Shown in pieces: positions 26,790 through 35,787 of a stretch of 64,000 bases of DNA. Each line of letters starts with the position of its first letter. The first letter of the stretch is position 1. The stretch is from Candidatus Latescibacterota bacterium (GTDB taxonomy: Bacteria; Latescibacterota; UBA2968; UBA8231): positions 256,001-320,000 of the forward strand of contig CBDCDC010000002.1 of the NCBI GenBank assembly GCA_965215195.1, in the 5' to 3' direction. The notes under the pieces were generated by a model, which was given only the letters and a program-made list of their open reading frames with translations, did not search any database and had not been told where the DNA came from. A program made the position numbers and the translations under genes.

Positions 26790-28739
26790 TCAACCCCAGA
26801 ATATCACGTTCCAAGTCATGCCAGTGAAGTGATCGACGATCAGATAGAAGCCGCCGGGCGTGAAGTAGCCGAGGATCATCCCCATGAAAAAAGGCCGCGT
26901 CTTCAGGTAGAGCCGCACGCCCCCGTATTTGAGCACGAGGACCTTGATTCCCCAAGCGATGAACATATTGAACCACAAGTGATCCATGATCCAGATCGGC
27001 CCGATCACGTAGCCCAGCGGATGCAGGGGCCACCAGACGTAGAGCCAGCGCGCGACCATCAATCCGGTCATAATCGCCGCGCCAATCCCCATGTTGATCC
27101 AGCCCCAGCCGTAGAAATCAGTCGGCGTGCGGAGGACCTTCTCCACATAGCTGTAGTTGCCGCCGCTCCAGATCCACAAGTTGATCGCTCCGTACTTGTG
27201 GCTGAGCAGCATCACCATCCACACGGCCGCGCCCACGGCCACGACCAGGGCCAGCACGATGATCCAAAAGAGCGGCCGGCGGTTGCGCCCCAATTCCTCG
27301 CCCAGCCGCAGACTGTTGGCGCAGGAGACCATGACGAAATTGCGCCCGGTGGTCCACAGGAAAGTAGTAGCCAGCACGACTAGGCCTTGGGTGCTGATGA
27401 CCGACGAACCCACCGCAGACACCAAAATCCCCGCTGGTACCACCGGCGGCGAGCCATCGGAAAGCCCGCCCTCGGCCACCACCCGCGAATAGCCAAAGAT
27501 GATGACGACGCCCAAGAAGAGAATGGCCAGCCCGAAGGTAGGCGGCAGCCCGGCCAACCACAGCCAACCCACTATCGTCAGACAAGAGGCCGTCAGCACG
27601 ATCAGGGCCGCACGGTAGGAGAGGATTTCGTCGCTGTCGTCAATGCTCGGGTCGCCTTTGAACGCCTTGCGCCACACGCCCTTTAGATGCTTGCGCGCCG
27701 TATAGATGCCGCCTAAAAAGAGCACGAGAATCGCGCCCATTGACTGGTAAGCCAAAAAGGGATCGCGTACTGCGTGGCCGGCCCCCCCGGTCTCGCTACT
27801 GACCACGCCCAGCATGCCAAAAATGCCGCGCACCGCAAAAGAGAGCAGGTTGAAAAACCACAGGCTAAAGGCGATATCGGTCTTGAGAAAGTAGAAGAAG
27901 CCGATGATGTTGAAGCGCAGGGCGACGTACAGGTCGGCCGTGCGGCGGAAAACCGGCACATCCATGCGTATTGGATCGACGTCTTGGGCGATGGGGATGA
28001 TCTCGGGAAAGTAGTTGTACAACCCGTGCAACGTGCCCCAGAGTGCGGGGATGGCAAAACCGGCCCACATGACGGGGTTTTTGAAAAAGGGGCTTAGCTT
28101 TTGGCTATCTTCGCCCTCCTCGGTCATGGCCAGCGGCACCTGCATCAGCGGGTAGATCAGCCGCTCGTGCTCAATCCACTGTTTGCGCAGGATCGCCATG
28201 AAGGAAATCATCATCAAGAAGAGGGCGCAGATAAAGGGCGTCCACACCCACATCACGCCGCGCCAGACTGCCCAAGGAATCGGTTCGCCCCGCCCACTGC
28301 CCTCGTAAAACTTGCGGGCGGTCTCCAAGTCGTGCACCATCAGCCAGTCCGGGATATAGGGATGGATCAGTTGCCGCCACTCGTTTTCGGCCGTGGCGTA
28401 GTAGAAGGGATAGCTAATGGCGCTGAGGAACTTGCCGACGAAGAGGGTCGGGATCGGCGAAGCCATGACCATCATAACATAGACGACCAGCAGTTCGCGG
28501 CGATTGAGTCCCAAGCGCGGGTGGACGAGCTTGAGCAGGGGATTGATAAAAAGGGTCACTAGGAAGAGGATGAACACCGCCCCAGGCATACTGGTGCCCA
28601 AGGCCATAAAGGAGCCGTGTAAATAGAGGGTGCCGTAGGCGGCCCCGGCCGACACGCTGAAGGCCCCGGCGCATCCGACCAGCACGGACTTGACGGTAAA
28701 AGCCGGTGCTCGGTCCGCTTTCTTGGGCGCTGTCAGCAT
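26790..28739 (-). CDS. DUF6785/DUF6784-type polytopic membrane protein (OPT-like putative transporter)
   Basis: Many TM helices; RELLVVY, LRKQWIEHERLIYPL, WWPLHPLG and KYGG..LY...RPFF.G.ILG. Confidence 0.7.
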   Translation of the reverse strand: MLTAPKKADRAPAFTVKSVLVGCAGAFSVSAGAAYGTLYLHGSFMALGTSMPGAVFILFLVTLFINPLLKLVHPRLGLNRRELLVVYVMMVMASPIPTLFVGKFLSAISYPFYYATAENEWRQLIHPYIPDWLMVHDLETARKFYEGSGRGEPIPWAVWRGVMWVWTPFICALFLMMISFMAILRKQWIEHERLIYPLMQVPLAMTEEGEDSQKLSPFFKNPVMWAGFAIPALWGTLHGLYNYFPEIIPIAQDVDPIRMDVPVFRRTADLYVALRFNIIGFFYFLKTDIAFSLWFFNLLSFAVRGIFGMLGVVSSETGGAGHAVRDPFLAYQSMGAILVLFLGGIYTARKHLKGVWRKAFKGDPSIDDSDEILSYRAALIVLTASCLTIVGWLWLAGLPPTFGLAILFLGVVIIFGYSRVVAEGGLSDGSPPVVPAGILVSAVGSSVISTQGLVVLATTFLWTTGRNFVMVSCANSLRLGEELGRNRRPLFWIIVLALVVAVGAAVWMVMLLSHKYGAINLWIWSGGNYSYVEKVLRTPTDFYGWGWINMGIGAAIMTGLMVARWLYVWWPLHPLGYVIGPIWIMDHLWFNMFIAWGIKVLVLKYGGVRLYLKTRPFFMGMILGYFTPGGFYLIVDHFTGMTWNVIFWG

Positions 28740-28763
28740 CTAGCTATGCGTAGTGCGGGAGAA

Positions 28764-29579
28764 TCAGCCATAAAACTTGGCAACCAACTCGGCCGGCTTG
28801 CCCTGTACCGTCGCCGGCGCTAGGGCCTGTGCCCCGAAGACTATGGGAAAGGTTTGGCCGGTGTCGAGGGTGCGGGTCGCGGCGTCCATATAGGTTGCGC
28901 TGAAGGCGCGGCGGGCCGACGCAGTGGAGTTAGTCCCCGAGCGATGCAGCAGGAAATTGTGCAGCAGAATGGCCTCCCCGGCCTCGGCTTCCAAATTGAG
29001 CACCGCCTCCGGGGGCGCGTATTCGGGCTCTTGCTCGGCCGGGAGAAAGTGCCGCTCGTTGATGATGCCGTGCTTGTTGCTGCCCGGCGCGATCTGCATG
29101 CAGCCAGTGGCCACGGTCGCGTCGTCGAGTGCCGTCCACACGGTGACGATGGGATTGGTGTCAATGCCCCAGCCAATGCCCACGTCTTGGTGCCAGGGCA
29201 GTTCGCGGCGGAGTTCGGGCGGCTTGTTCATAAACATTGAGCGGAAGACCGAGACCTCCGCGCCGATGTAGCGGCGGGTAATTTGGTGGAAGAGGGGATG
29301 CTGGATATAGGCGAGGAAAAGCGGGTCCTGCTCCAAGTCGTCGATGCGCCGGTACGCGAGCGTCTGCATCTCGTTGCCCATGGTGCGGCGCACTTGGCCG
29401 CCTTCTTCGACGACCTGCAAGCGCATGTGCTCGTAGCGGACGCGGCCCAGCATGATGTCGTCGATGCGCTGCTGCAAGGCGGCCAATTCGTCCGCGCACA
29501 GGACGTTGCCCAGCCGCACGTAGCCTTGGGCGAAAAACTGCTCGTGGTGTGCATCGTCAAAGGTGGAAAGAGCTTGCAT
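28764..29579 (-). CDS. Phytanoyl-CoA dioxygenase (PhyH) family protein
   Basis: FFAQGY, NKPP..PWHQD, WTALDDAT..GC...PGS and LLHRSG.N....RRA. Confidence 0.9.
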   Translation of the reverse strand: MQALSTFDDAHHEQFFAQGYVRLGNVLCADELAALQQRIDDIMLGRVRYEHMRLQVVEEGGQVRRTMGNEMQTLAYRRIDDLEQDPLFLAYIQHPLFHQITRRYIGAEVSVFRSMFMNKPPELRRELPWHQDVGIGWGIDTNPIVTVWTALDDATVATGCMQIAPGSNKHGIINERHFLPAEQEPEYAPPEAVLNLEAEAGEAILLHNFLLHRSGTNSTASARRAFSATYMDAATRTLDTGQTFPIVFGAQALAPATVQGKPAELVAKFYG

Positions 29580-29646
29580 GATGCGGTCTCCTTTTTTTAG
29601 ACAGGGTATAATACAATCTCTAGGGTGCGCTCGTGCAATGCCGAGC

Positions 29647-31248
29647 TCAAGGCTCGTACACGGTCAGGACTTGGTCGGCCGCGACGTCTTGCAAGCGCTG
29701 CACAGTGCCGCTGGGCCAGCGGATTTCCACCTCGTCGACGCGGGTGCGGTCGCCCAATCCGAAAAAGGGGCGCAGCGCGCTTTGGCACATGTAGCTCGAT
29801 CCGGCGCGCACCACGTCCCACCGCACCCAGTCGCCCGCGGCCACGCGCACCGCGGCCCCGATTGAGTCCCCGACCAACCGCAAGCTCAAATAGCGCCGGG
29901 CATTGCCGCCGTCGTTGCGCAAGAGCGCGGCGGCTTGATTGTTGTTGGCTACTGCGATGTCGAGGTCGCCGTCGCTGTCGTAATCGCCCATGGCCGCGCC
30001 GCGGCTCACTTGCTGCAACCGCAGGCCTGGCCCCACCTGATTGCTCACGTCGGCAAAGTGCCCTTGGTCCTCGTTGCGGAAGAGTTGGTTTTGCTGGGCG
30101 TACGTCACCGCGTCGAACAGGTGGATGTTGTCGTCGAGGTGGCCGTTGGCCACGAACAGGTCGCGGTCGCCGTCGTTGTCGTAGTCGATGAAAAGGGTGC
30201 CCCACGCGAGGAACTGCAAGCTCGGAACGCCCAGCCCGGACTGAAAGGTCACGTCGGCGAAAAACCCGTTGCCGAGGTTGCGGTACAGGCTGTTGGTCTC
30301 CCATTGGTAGTTGGTGACGAAGAAGTCGAAGCGGCCGTCGCCGTCGTAGTCGCCCACGTCAACCCCCATGCCGGCCAGCGGCTTGCCGGCGTCGTTATAG
30401 GCCACCCCGGCCAAAGCGCCGATCTCGGCAAAGCGGCCGCCGTCGTTGCGGTAGAGCAAGTTGGGAGTGCGGTCGCCAGCCGCGTACAGGTCGAGATCGC
30501 CGTCGGCGTCGTAGTCGATGAAAAAGGCCCCTAATTCTTTGGCGGCATCCGGCAGCAATCCGGCTTCCTCGGTGACATCGGCAAAGGTGGCGTCGCCTTC
30601 GTTGCGATAAAAGACGTCGCGCTGGGCCTCAAAGGCCTCTGGGCCGCAGTACACCGCAATCCCGCCGGAGCGGATGCAAGGCTCGTGTATTTGCGGGCGG
30701 AACTTGGCGTAATTGGCCACAAAGAAGTCCAAGTCGCCGTCTAAATCGTAGTCGGCAAAGGCCGCGCCCGTACTCATGGCCGGGTTGACTAGGACTGGCC
30801 CGGCCACGCCGGCTTGGTCCGTGGCATCCGCGAATTGGCCGGTGCCCTCGTTGCGGTAGAGGATATTGGGTCCGTACGCGGTGAGGTACAAGTCCAAGTC
30901 GCCATCGGCGTCGTAGTCGGCCGCGGCACAGCCCAGCCCGTAGCCCGCATTGGCCACGCCGGCTGGGCCGGTGGCATCGGCGAACGGGCCGGTGCCCTCG
31001 TTGCGGTAGAGTGCGCCCGGCCCGGCGCTGTTGACGAAGTACAGGTCGAGCCACCCGTCGCCATTGTAGTCGAAAAAGGCCGCGCCCGAGCCCATGGTTT
31101 CCATTGGATACTTTTGCCCCTTGGCCCCATTCTGATGGCGAAAGGCGATCCCGGCCTCGGCTGCCACCTCCACAAACTGCACCTCGGCGCGGCCCAGCCC
31201 GGCCCACAGGCACCCGAGGGCGATCCCTAAGAAGGCGCACCGGGTCAC
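29647..31248 (-). CDS. CRTAC1-like FG-GAP repeat / ASPIC-UnbV protein, uninterrupted
   Basis: ETMGSGAAFFDYNGDG, AGMGVDVGDYDGDG, SRGAAMGDYDSDG, GSSYMCQS..FGLG and IRWPSG; GTG start overlaps the upstream stop. Confidence 0.9.
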   Translation of the reverse strand: MTRCAFLGIALGCLWAGLGRAEVQFVEVAAEAGIAFRHQNGAKGQKYPMETMGSGAAFFDYNGDGWLDLYFVNSAGPGALYRNEGTGPFADATGPAGVANAGYGLGCAAADYDADGDLDLYLTAYGPNILYRNEGTGQFADATDQAGVAGPVLVNPAMSTGAAFADYDLDGDLDFFVANYAKFRPQIHEPCIRSGGIAVYCGPEAFEAQRDVFYRNEGDATFADVTEEAGLLPDAAKELGAFFIDYDADGDLDLYAAGDRTPNLLYRNDGGRFAEIGALAGVAYNDAGKPLAGMGVDVGDYDGDGRFDFFVTNYQWETNSLYRNLGNGFFADVTFQSGLGVPSLQFLAWGTLFIDYDNDGDRDLFVANGHLDDNIHLFDAVTYAQQNQLFRNEDQGHFADVSNQVGPGLRLQQVSRGAAMGDYDSDGDLDIAVANNNQAAALLRNDGGNARRYLSLRLVGDSIGAAVRVAAGDWVRWDVVRAGSSYMCQSALRPFFGLGDRTRVDEVEIRWPSGTVQRLQDVAADQVLTVYEP

Positions 31249-31496
31249 GTGCGCTCGGAGTCCGTGGCGGCTTCGCTGGCCCCGCGGCCGGCGACCATGT
31301 TGCGGATCATCTTGGCCACATCGCCAAAGCCCTTGTAGGCGACGGCGGCGACAATGCCGTAAAAGAGGATGCTGGCGGCGATAAAAATCGCTTGCCAGAC
31401 TTCTTGCCAAGGCATCAGTCTGAGTTCGACGTAAGCCGCGATGACGACGAGGATTAGGGCACTGCGTCCGATATCTTTCCAGCGTTGTGCTTCCAT
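31245..31496 (-). CDS. Small two-TM protein next to the SSS symporter
   Basis: 83 aa hydrophobic ORF, tightly packed between the SSS and CRTAC1-like genes. Confidence 0.6.
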   Translation of the reverse strand: MEAQRWKDIGRSALILVVIAAYVELRLMPWQEVWQAIFIAASILFYGIVAAVAYKGFGDVAKMIRNMVAGRGASEAATDSERT

Positions 31497-31500
31497 TGCA

Positions 31501-33042
31501 CTACTCCATGTTGCTAAAGTCTAGAGGGCGCGGCGGGTGCGAGCGCTGGGTTATTGAGGCCACGACCAGCATGGCGAGCCCGCCCAAGGCGAGGCTGGTA
31601 AGCCCGACGAGGTTGGAGTTTTCGACCAACGGCAGCAAAAACTCGGGCACCCAGTCCTGATTTTCGGTCATAATTAGGAAGTTGAGCGGCACCAGCGCGC
31701 CCAATATCAGCGCACAGTACGCACCCGGGGTATTGGCCTTTTTCCAGTATAGCCCCAAGGCCACGGTGCCAACGCAGCCGGAGAAGTAGATGCTGCCGGT
31801 GACGTACATAAAGCGGAAGGCCGTTTCGGGAAGCTGGTAGAGCGCACCGAAAATGGCCAAGAAGGCCGCGAGGATGACCACGATGGCCCGGGTCCAGTAG
31901 ATCTCGCGCTCGCTCGACAGCCCGCCCCAAGTGCCGTCGGCCTCGCGCTCACCGCTCGACTTGGCGAGCATGGCCTTGATCGGCGAGACCACGTCGCGGA
32001 CGATGACGCCGCTCCAAGCCAGCAGGTAGCTGTCGTGGGTGGACATGAAGGCCGCGAACATCCCGGCCATGAGCAGACCGGCTATGCCGATGGGCAGGAT
32101 TTTGCCGAGCATTTCGGGCATGGCGTAGTGGGGGTCGAGCGCGGGATCGCCAAAATAGGCCAGTGCCGCAATGCCCCAAAACATCGGCACCATGGCCCGC
32201 CCCATGACCGTACCCGCCGAGATCCAGAACACGCGGCGGGCCACCTTGGGGCTTTCGGCACTCAGCGGCCGCATCATTTCGGGTTGCCAGACCACGCCGA
32301 CCAAGCCGACGCAAAACAAAAACAAGATCATTGAGATGCCGTAGCCGGGGTTGGCGATTGGGTCGAAGCCGATGTCGCCTTTGTGCGTCTCGACAGCTTG
32401 GACCATGGTGTCCCAGCCGAGTTGCGGGTGATTGAGAATGATGTACGTGCCAAAGAAAAACCCCAGTGCCAGCAGTACGAACTGGGCGAAATCCGTCAGC
32501 ACCACCGAGACCATGCCGCCCATTAAGGTGTAGAAGACGACGATGACCAACATGCCGATCATGACGTAGTTGACGTATTCCTTGTCGAGGCCGGTGAAGC
32601 CGACGACGAACTTGCTGCCGAGGATGGGGAACAGCCCCATGTTGAGGGTGCCGGCGAGGGTGAGGATGATGCCGCCGAGCAGGCGCACGCCGCGCGTGTA
32701 TTTGAGCTGGTAGAACTCGGGCACGGTCATCACCTGCAAGTGGCGCAGGCGGCTGACGATAAAGCCAGTGCGCCCGATGATCAGGGTGGTGATCAGGGCC
32801 ATGAGGCCAAAGACGAAGGGCACGAAGCCGTACTTAAAGCCCTCCTCGGCCATGTACATGACCGTTACTAGCCCCAAGCCGGTTGAGACCATCGTGGCGA
32901 CGGCCATGTGGGTTTTGAGGCCGCGGCCGGCCACGAGAAAATCCGAGATGCCCTTGATGGCACCTCGGGCCAACGTGCCGGCGACGATGGTAGCGCCGAC
33001 ATAGACGAGGACGATGGCGTAGTCGATATAGCTGAGGTGCAT
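31501..33042 (-). CDS. Sodium:solute symporter (SSS) family
   Basis: DFLVAGR, TVPEF, YTLMGGMVSVVLTDFAQF and GLLMAGMFAAFMST.DS. Confidence 0.9.
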   Translation of the reverse strand: MHLSYIDYAIVLVYVGATIVAGTLARGAIKGISDFLVAGRGLKTHMAVATMVSTGLGLVTVMYMAEEGFKYGFVPFVFGLMALITTLIIGRTGFIVSRLRHLQVMTVPEFYQLKYTRGVRLLGGIILTLAGTLNMGLFPILGSKFVVGFTGLDKEYVNYVMIGMLVIVVFYTLMGGMVSVVLTDFAQFVLLALGFFFGTYIILNHPQLGWDTMVQAVETHKGDIGFDPIANPGYGISMILFLFCVGLVGVVWQPEMMRPLSAESPKVARRVFWISAGTVMGRAMVPMFWGIAALAYFGDPALDPHYAMPEMLGKILPIGIAGLLMAGMFAAFMSTHDSYLLAWSGVIVRDVVSPIKAMLAKSSGEREADGTWGGLSSEREIYWTRAIVVILAAFLAIFGALYQLPETAFRFMYVTGSIYFSGCVGTVALGLYWKKANTPGAYCALILGALVPLNFLIMTENQDWVPEFLLPLVENSNLVGLTSLALGGLAMLVVASITQRSHPPRPLDFSNME

Positions 33043-33218
33043 GCGTTCTCCTGTATGCGGTGTGGCGGATGAGCAAACGCGCTAATATAATCTTTGTGCA
33101 GGGCTTGTTAAACCCTGCCCGGTATTTTTGACAGCCGCCGCACCGGGCGTTAATTAGGCGCGTGTATAGCAGGCTTGGGTGCGCTCCTGCGGAACGGCGC
33201 GACGATGGAGAATGTTCT

Positions 33219-34205
33219 ATGGCTGAGAGAAACGTCGAAGAAGCGGCAGCGGATGCACCAGTGCTGTACCTGCCCGACGGCAAGCGGTTGGTGTTCCCCG
33301 GCTGCCACGCCAAGCACGTGTCGGCGGCCGCGATCGAAACGTATGAAGGTCGCTTTGAGTATTGGCACGGCCCGACCGAGACCCTGATCGTAGCCGACGA
33401 CGACGCACACATCGTCAGTGCCGACCACGAACTACCGGCCCAATACTTGGCGCAGCTAACTCAACAGCTCGCCGACGAGTGCGGCGCACACTTTATGGCG
33501 TTTGGCACCACCAGCATCTGGCGGCTGGACGCCGAGGGCCGCTACGAGGCGATCATGCGGCCCGATCAGTGCATCTATCTGCGCCCGCAGGAGGCTTGGT
33601 TGCCAGATCGCCAAGGGCTGAAACTGGGCGTTCACACCCTGCCGGACGTGGTTTTGGAAGTGGATCACACCACGGACATTCGGCAGGGCAAGTTGCAGAC
33701 GTATGCGTCGTGGGGGTTCCCGGAGTTGTGGGTGGAGGTGCCAGAGGCGTTCACGCCGTATCGACGGGCGGGTTTGCCGGGGTTGACGATTCGCGTGTGG
33801 GAGGGGGGTGGCTATCGGGAGGTGGATGCGAGCCGAGCGTTTGCGGGCTGGACCGCGGCCGAGATTCACACCGCCCTGAACGAGCGGACGGGCTGGTCGG
33901 CGGCGACGATTGCGGCGTTGGTGCGAGTCGCCAAGGCCCTGACCAAGCAATTGGGCACGGCTGGTCCAGAGGGTACGCCGCGGCTGTGGAGGCATCGCGC
34001 CGAGGGTCGGGCGCAAGGCCATGCCGAAGGCGAACGGGCGTTATTGTGCCGCTTGGCGGCGCGGCGGTTTGGCAACGAGGTGGCCGAGAGCTTGGGGGAG
34101 CTGTTGGCAGGCATGGCGAGCGAGGATTTGGTGTCAGTGGCCGATTGGATCGTCGAATGCGCCAGCCGCGACGAGTTGCTGCGGCGGGTGCGCGAGAGCG
34201 GCTAA
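33219..34205 (+). CDS. Uma2-like PD-(D/E)xK nuclease with a C-terminal DUF4351/Rpn-like tail
   Basis: MRPDQCIY, LPDVVLEVDHTTD..KL..Y..WGFPELWVEVP; tail EGRAQGHAEGERALL.RLAARRFG. Confidence 0.7.
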   Translation: MAERNVEEAAADAPVLYLPDGKRLVFPGCHAKHVSAAAIETYEGRFEYWHGPTETLIVADDDAHIVSADHELPAQYLAQLTQQLADECGAHFMAFGTTSIWRLDAEGRYEAIMRPDQCIYLRPQEAWLPDRQGLKLGVHTLPDVVLEVDHTTDIRQGKLQTYASWGFPELWVEVPEAFTPYRRAGLPGLTIRVWEGGGYREVDASRAFAGWTAAEIHTALNERTGWSAATIAALVRVAKALTKQLGTAGPEGTPRLWRHRAEGRAQGHAEGERALLCRLAARRFGNEVAESLGELLAGMASEDLVSVADWIVECASRDELLRRVRESG

Positions 34206-34225
34206 ACGGAGGAAAGGAGCAGAAA

Positions 34226-34630
34226 ATGACGCAATGGATGCTGTTGGTCGCGGCCCTGTCGTGGGCTGGTTGTGCGGGCGATGACGCGACGTTGGGGCCG
34301 GACGGATCGGACGGCGAGGCCACTCTAGCGCAGGTCAGCGAGGTTTTTGCGGTTAGTTGCGCCACTTCGAGCTGCCACCGCGGCGGAGAGCCCGCGGCCG
34401 GTTTGTCGCTGGAGGGCGACTTTGCCGCTCGCATCGTCGGCGTCGCCAGCGGTCAGCGGCCCGATTTCCCGCTCGTCGATCCGGGGAATCCCGACGGCTC
34501 GTACCTGCTGATAAAGGTGCGCGGCGACGACGAAATCGTCAGCCAGCAAATGCCGCCGGGCAGGACGTTGCCCGCAGAGCAGGTGGAGATAATTCGCGCG
34601 TGGATCGCCAGCGGAGCACCTGTACCGTAG
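34226..34630 (+). CDS. Cytochrome c-like lipoprotein with a CX4CH motif
   Basis: AGGAG RBS, WAGC lipobox, CATSSCH and PGNPDGSYLLIKV..QMPP..IRAWIASGA. Confidence 0.7.
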   Translation: MTQWMLLVAALSWAGCAGDDATLGPDGSDGEATLAQVSEVFAVSCATSSCHRGGEPAAGLSLEGDFAARIVGVASGQRPDFPLVDPGNPDGSYLLIKVRGDDEIVSQQMPPGRTLPAEQVEIIRAWIASGAPVP

Positions 34631-34650
34631 CACCAAATCCACCCCTCGTC

Positions 34651-34706
34651 GCAGGGGCGACCGACCCGGTCGCCCAACCTGCACCGCCCCCAGGGCATGT
34701 CCCTAC
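34651..34706. repeat. REP-like (GTAG family) palindrome pair
   Basis: GCAG-GGGCGACCG-ACC-CGGTCGCCC hairpin, with an inverted GTAGGGACATGCCC unit ending at 34706. Confidence 0.45.
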
Positions 34707-34737
34707 GGCGTCTTCTCCTCCCAGACAAGGAGTTACC

Positions 34738-35787
34738 ATGCCCGTCTTTTCTCCATCGTCCTTAATCGAAACCAGCGCCTCCATTTTTGCCGCGGCTGGA
34801 ATGCGCCCCGGGGAGGCCCATGTGGTCGCTGAATTGCTCGTCGAGGCCAATCTCGTCGGCCACGACTCGCACGGCGTCATCCGCATCCCCCAGTACTTGG
34901 GCCAAGTCGAAGCCGGCGATATTGTGCCAGACGCCGCGGTCGAAGTCGTTCACGAGGCCCCGACGCTCGCGGTACTCGACGCGCATTGGGGCTTTGGGCA
35001 GGTGGCGATGAGTCGCGGCGTGGACCTCGGATTGGAAAAGGCGCGCGCTGTGGGCATGGCCGCTATCTCCGTCCGCCAAGCCAATCACATCGGCCGCCTC
35101 GGCAGCTACGTGGAGCGCATTGCCGCGGAAACCGCTATCGCCTTGTTGTTCGTCAACGGTGCGCCGGTCTGCCGCATGGCTCCGTGGGGCGGGCGCGAAG
35201 CTCGGCACGGCACCAATCCAATCGCCATGGCGTTTCCGTCGCGCAGCGGCCCGCCGGTCGTCCTCGACATGACCACGTCGGCTGTGGCCGAGGGCAAGGT
35301 GCGGGTGCAGCGCAATCGCGGTGCCAAGGTGCCCGACGGCTGGCTGCTCGACGCCGAAGGCCAGCCGACCAACGATCCCCACGCCCTGTACGCGGACCCG
35401 CCCGGCACCATCTTGCCCTTGGGCGGCCGCCTCGGCCACAAGGGCTACGGCCTGAATGTGGCGGTCGAGCTGTTGGCCGGCGCATTGGCTGGGGCCGGCT
35501 GCATTGGCCAAGATCGGCCCTTCCGCAACGGGGCCTTGTTGTTGGTGCTCGACGTGGAAAAGCTGGTGGGGTTAGACGCCTACTTCGCCGAGGCCGACCC
35601 GTACATCGCGTTTGTCAAGTCCGCGGCTACTGCCCCGGGCGTCGAAGCGATCTTGATGCCCGGGGAGATCGAGCGGGCGGTGGCAGAGAAGCGGAAGGGG
35701 GAAGGAATCTTCGTAGAGGACGAGACGTGGGCGCAGATTGTGGAGAGTGCGGCGCAGGTGGGGGTAGGGGTTATTGCTCCGGCCTGA
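34738..35787 (+). CDS. Ldh_2 family (malate/L-lactate/ureidoglycolate dehydrogenase-like) oxidoreductase
   Basis: ANLVGHDSHGVIRIPQY, NHIGRLG, GTNPIA, LDMTTS..AEGK and GHKGYGL. Confidence 0.9.
   Translation: MPVFSPSSLIETSASIFAAAGMRPGEAHVVAELLVEANLVGHDSHGVIRIPQYLGQVEAGDIVPDAAVEVVHEAPTLAVLDAHWGFGQVAMSRGVDLGLEKARAVGMAAISVRQANHIGRLGSYVERIAAETAIALLFVNGAPVCRMAPWGGREARHGTNPIAMAFPSRSGPPVVLDMTTSAVAEGKVRVQRNRGAKVPDGWLLDAEGQPTNDPHALYADPPGTILPLGGRLGHKGYGLNVAVELLAGALAGAGCIGQDRPFRNGALLLVLDVEKLVGLDAYFAEADPYIAFVKSAATAPGVEAILMPGEIERAVAEKRKGEGIFVEDETWAQIVESAAQVGVGVIAPA

Noticed and set aside
33362-34225. Long N-terminal extensions of ORFs (33362-34630, 34357-35787, 35771-37507, 8280-9095, 54673-55671, 29647-31410, 22700-24784)
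   Set aside because: Low-complexity extensions overlapping neighbouring genes; better starts lie downstream, most with an RBS or stop-start overlap
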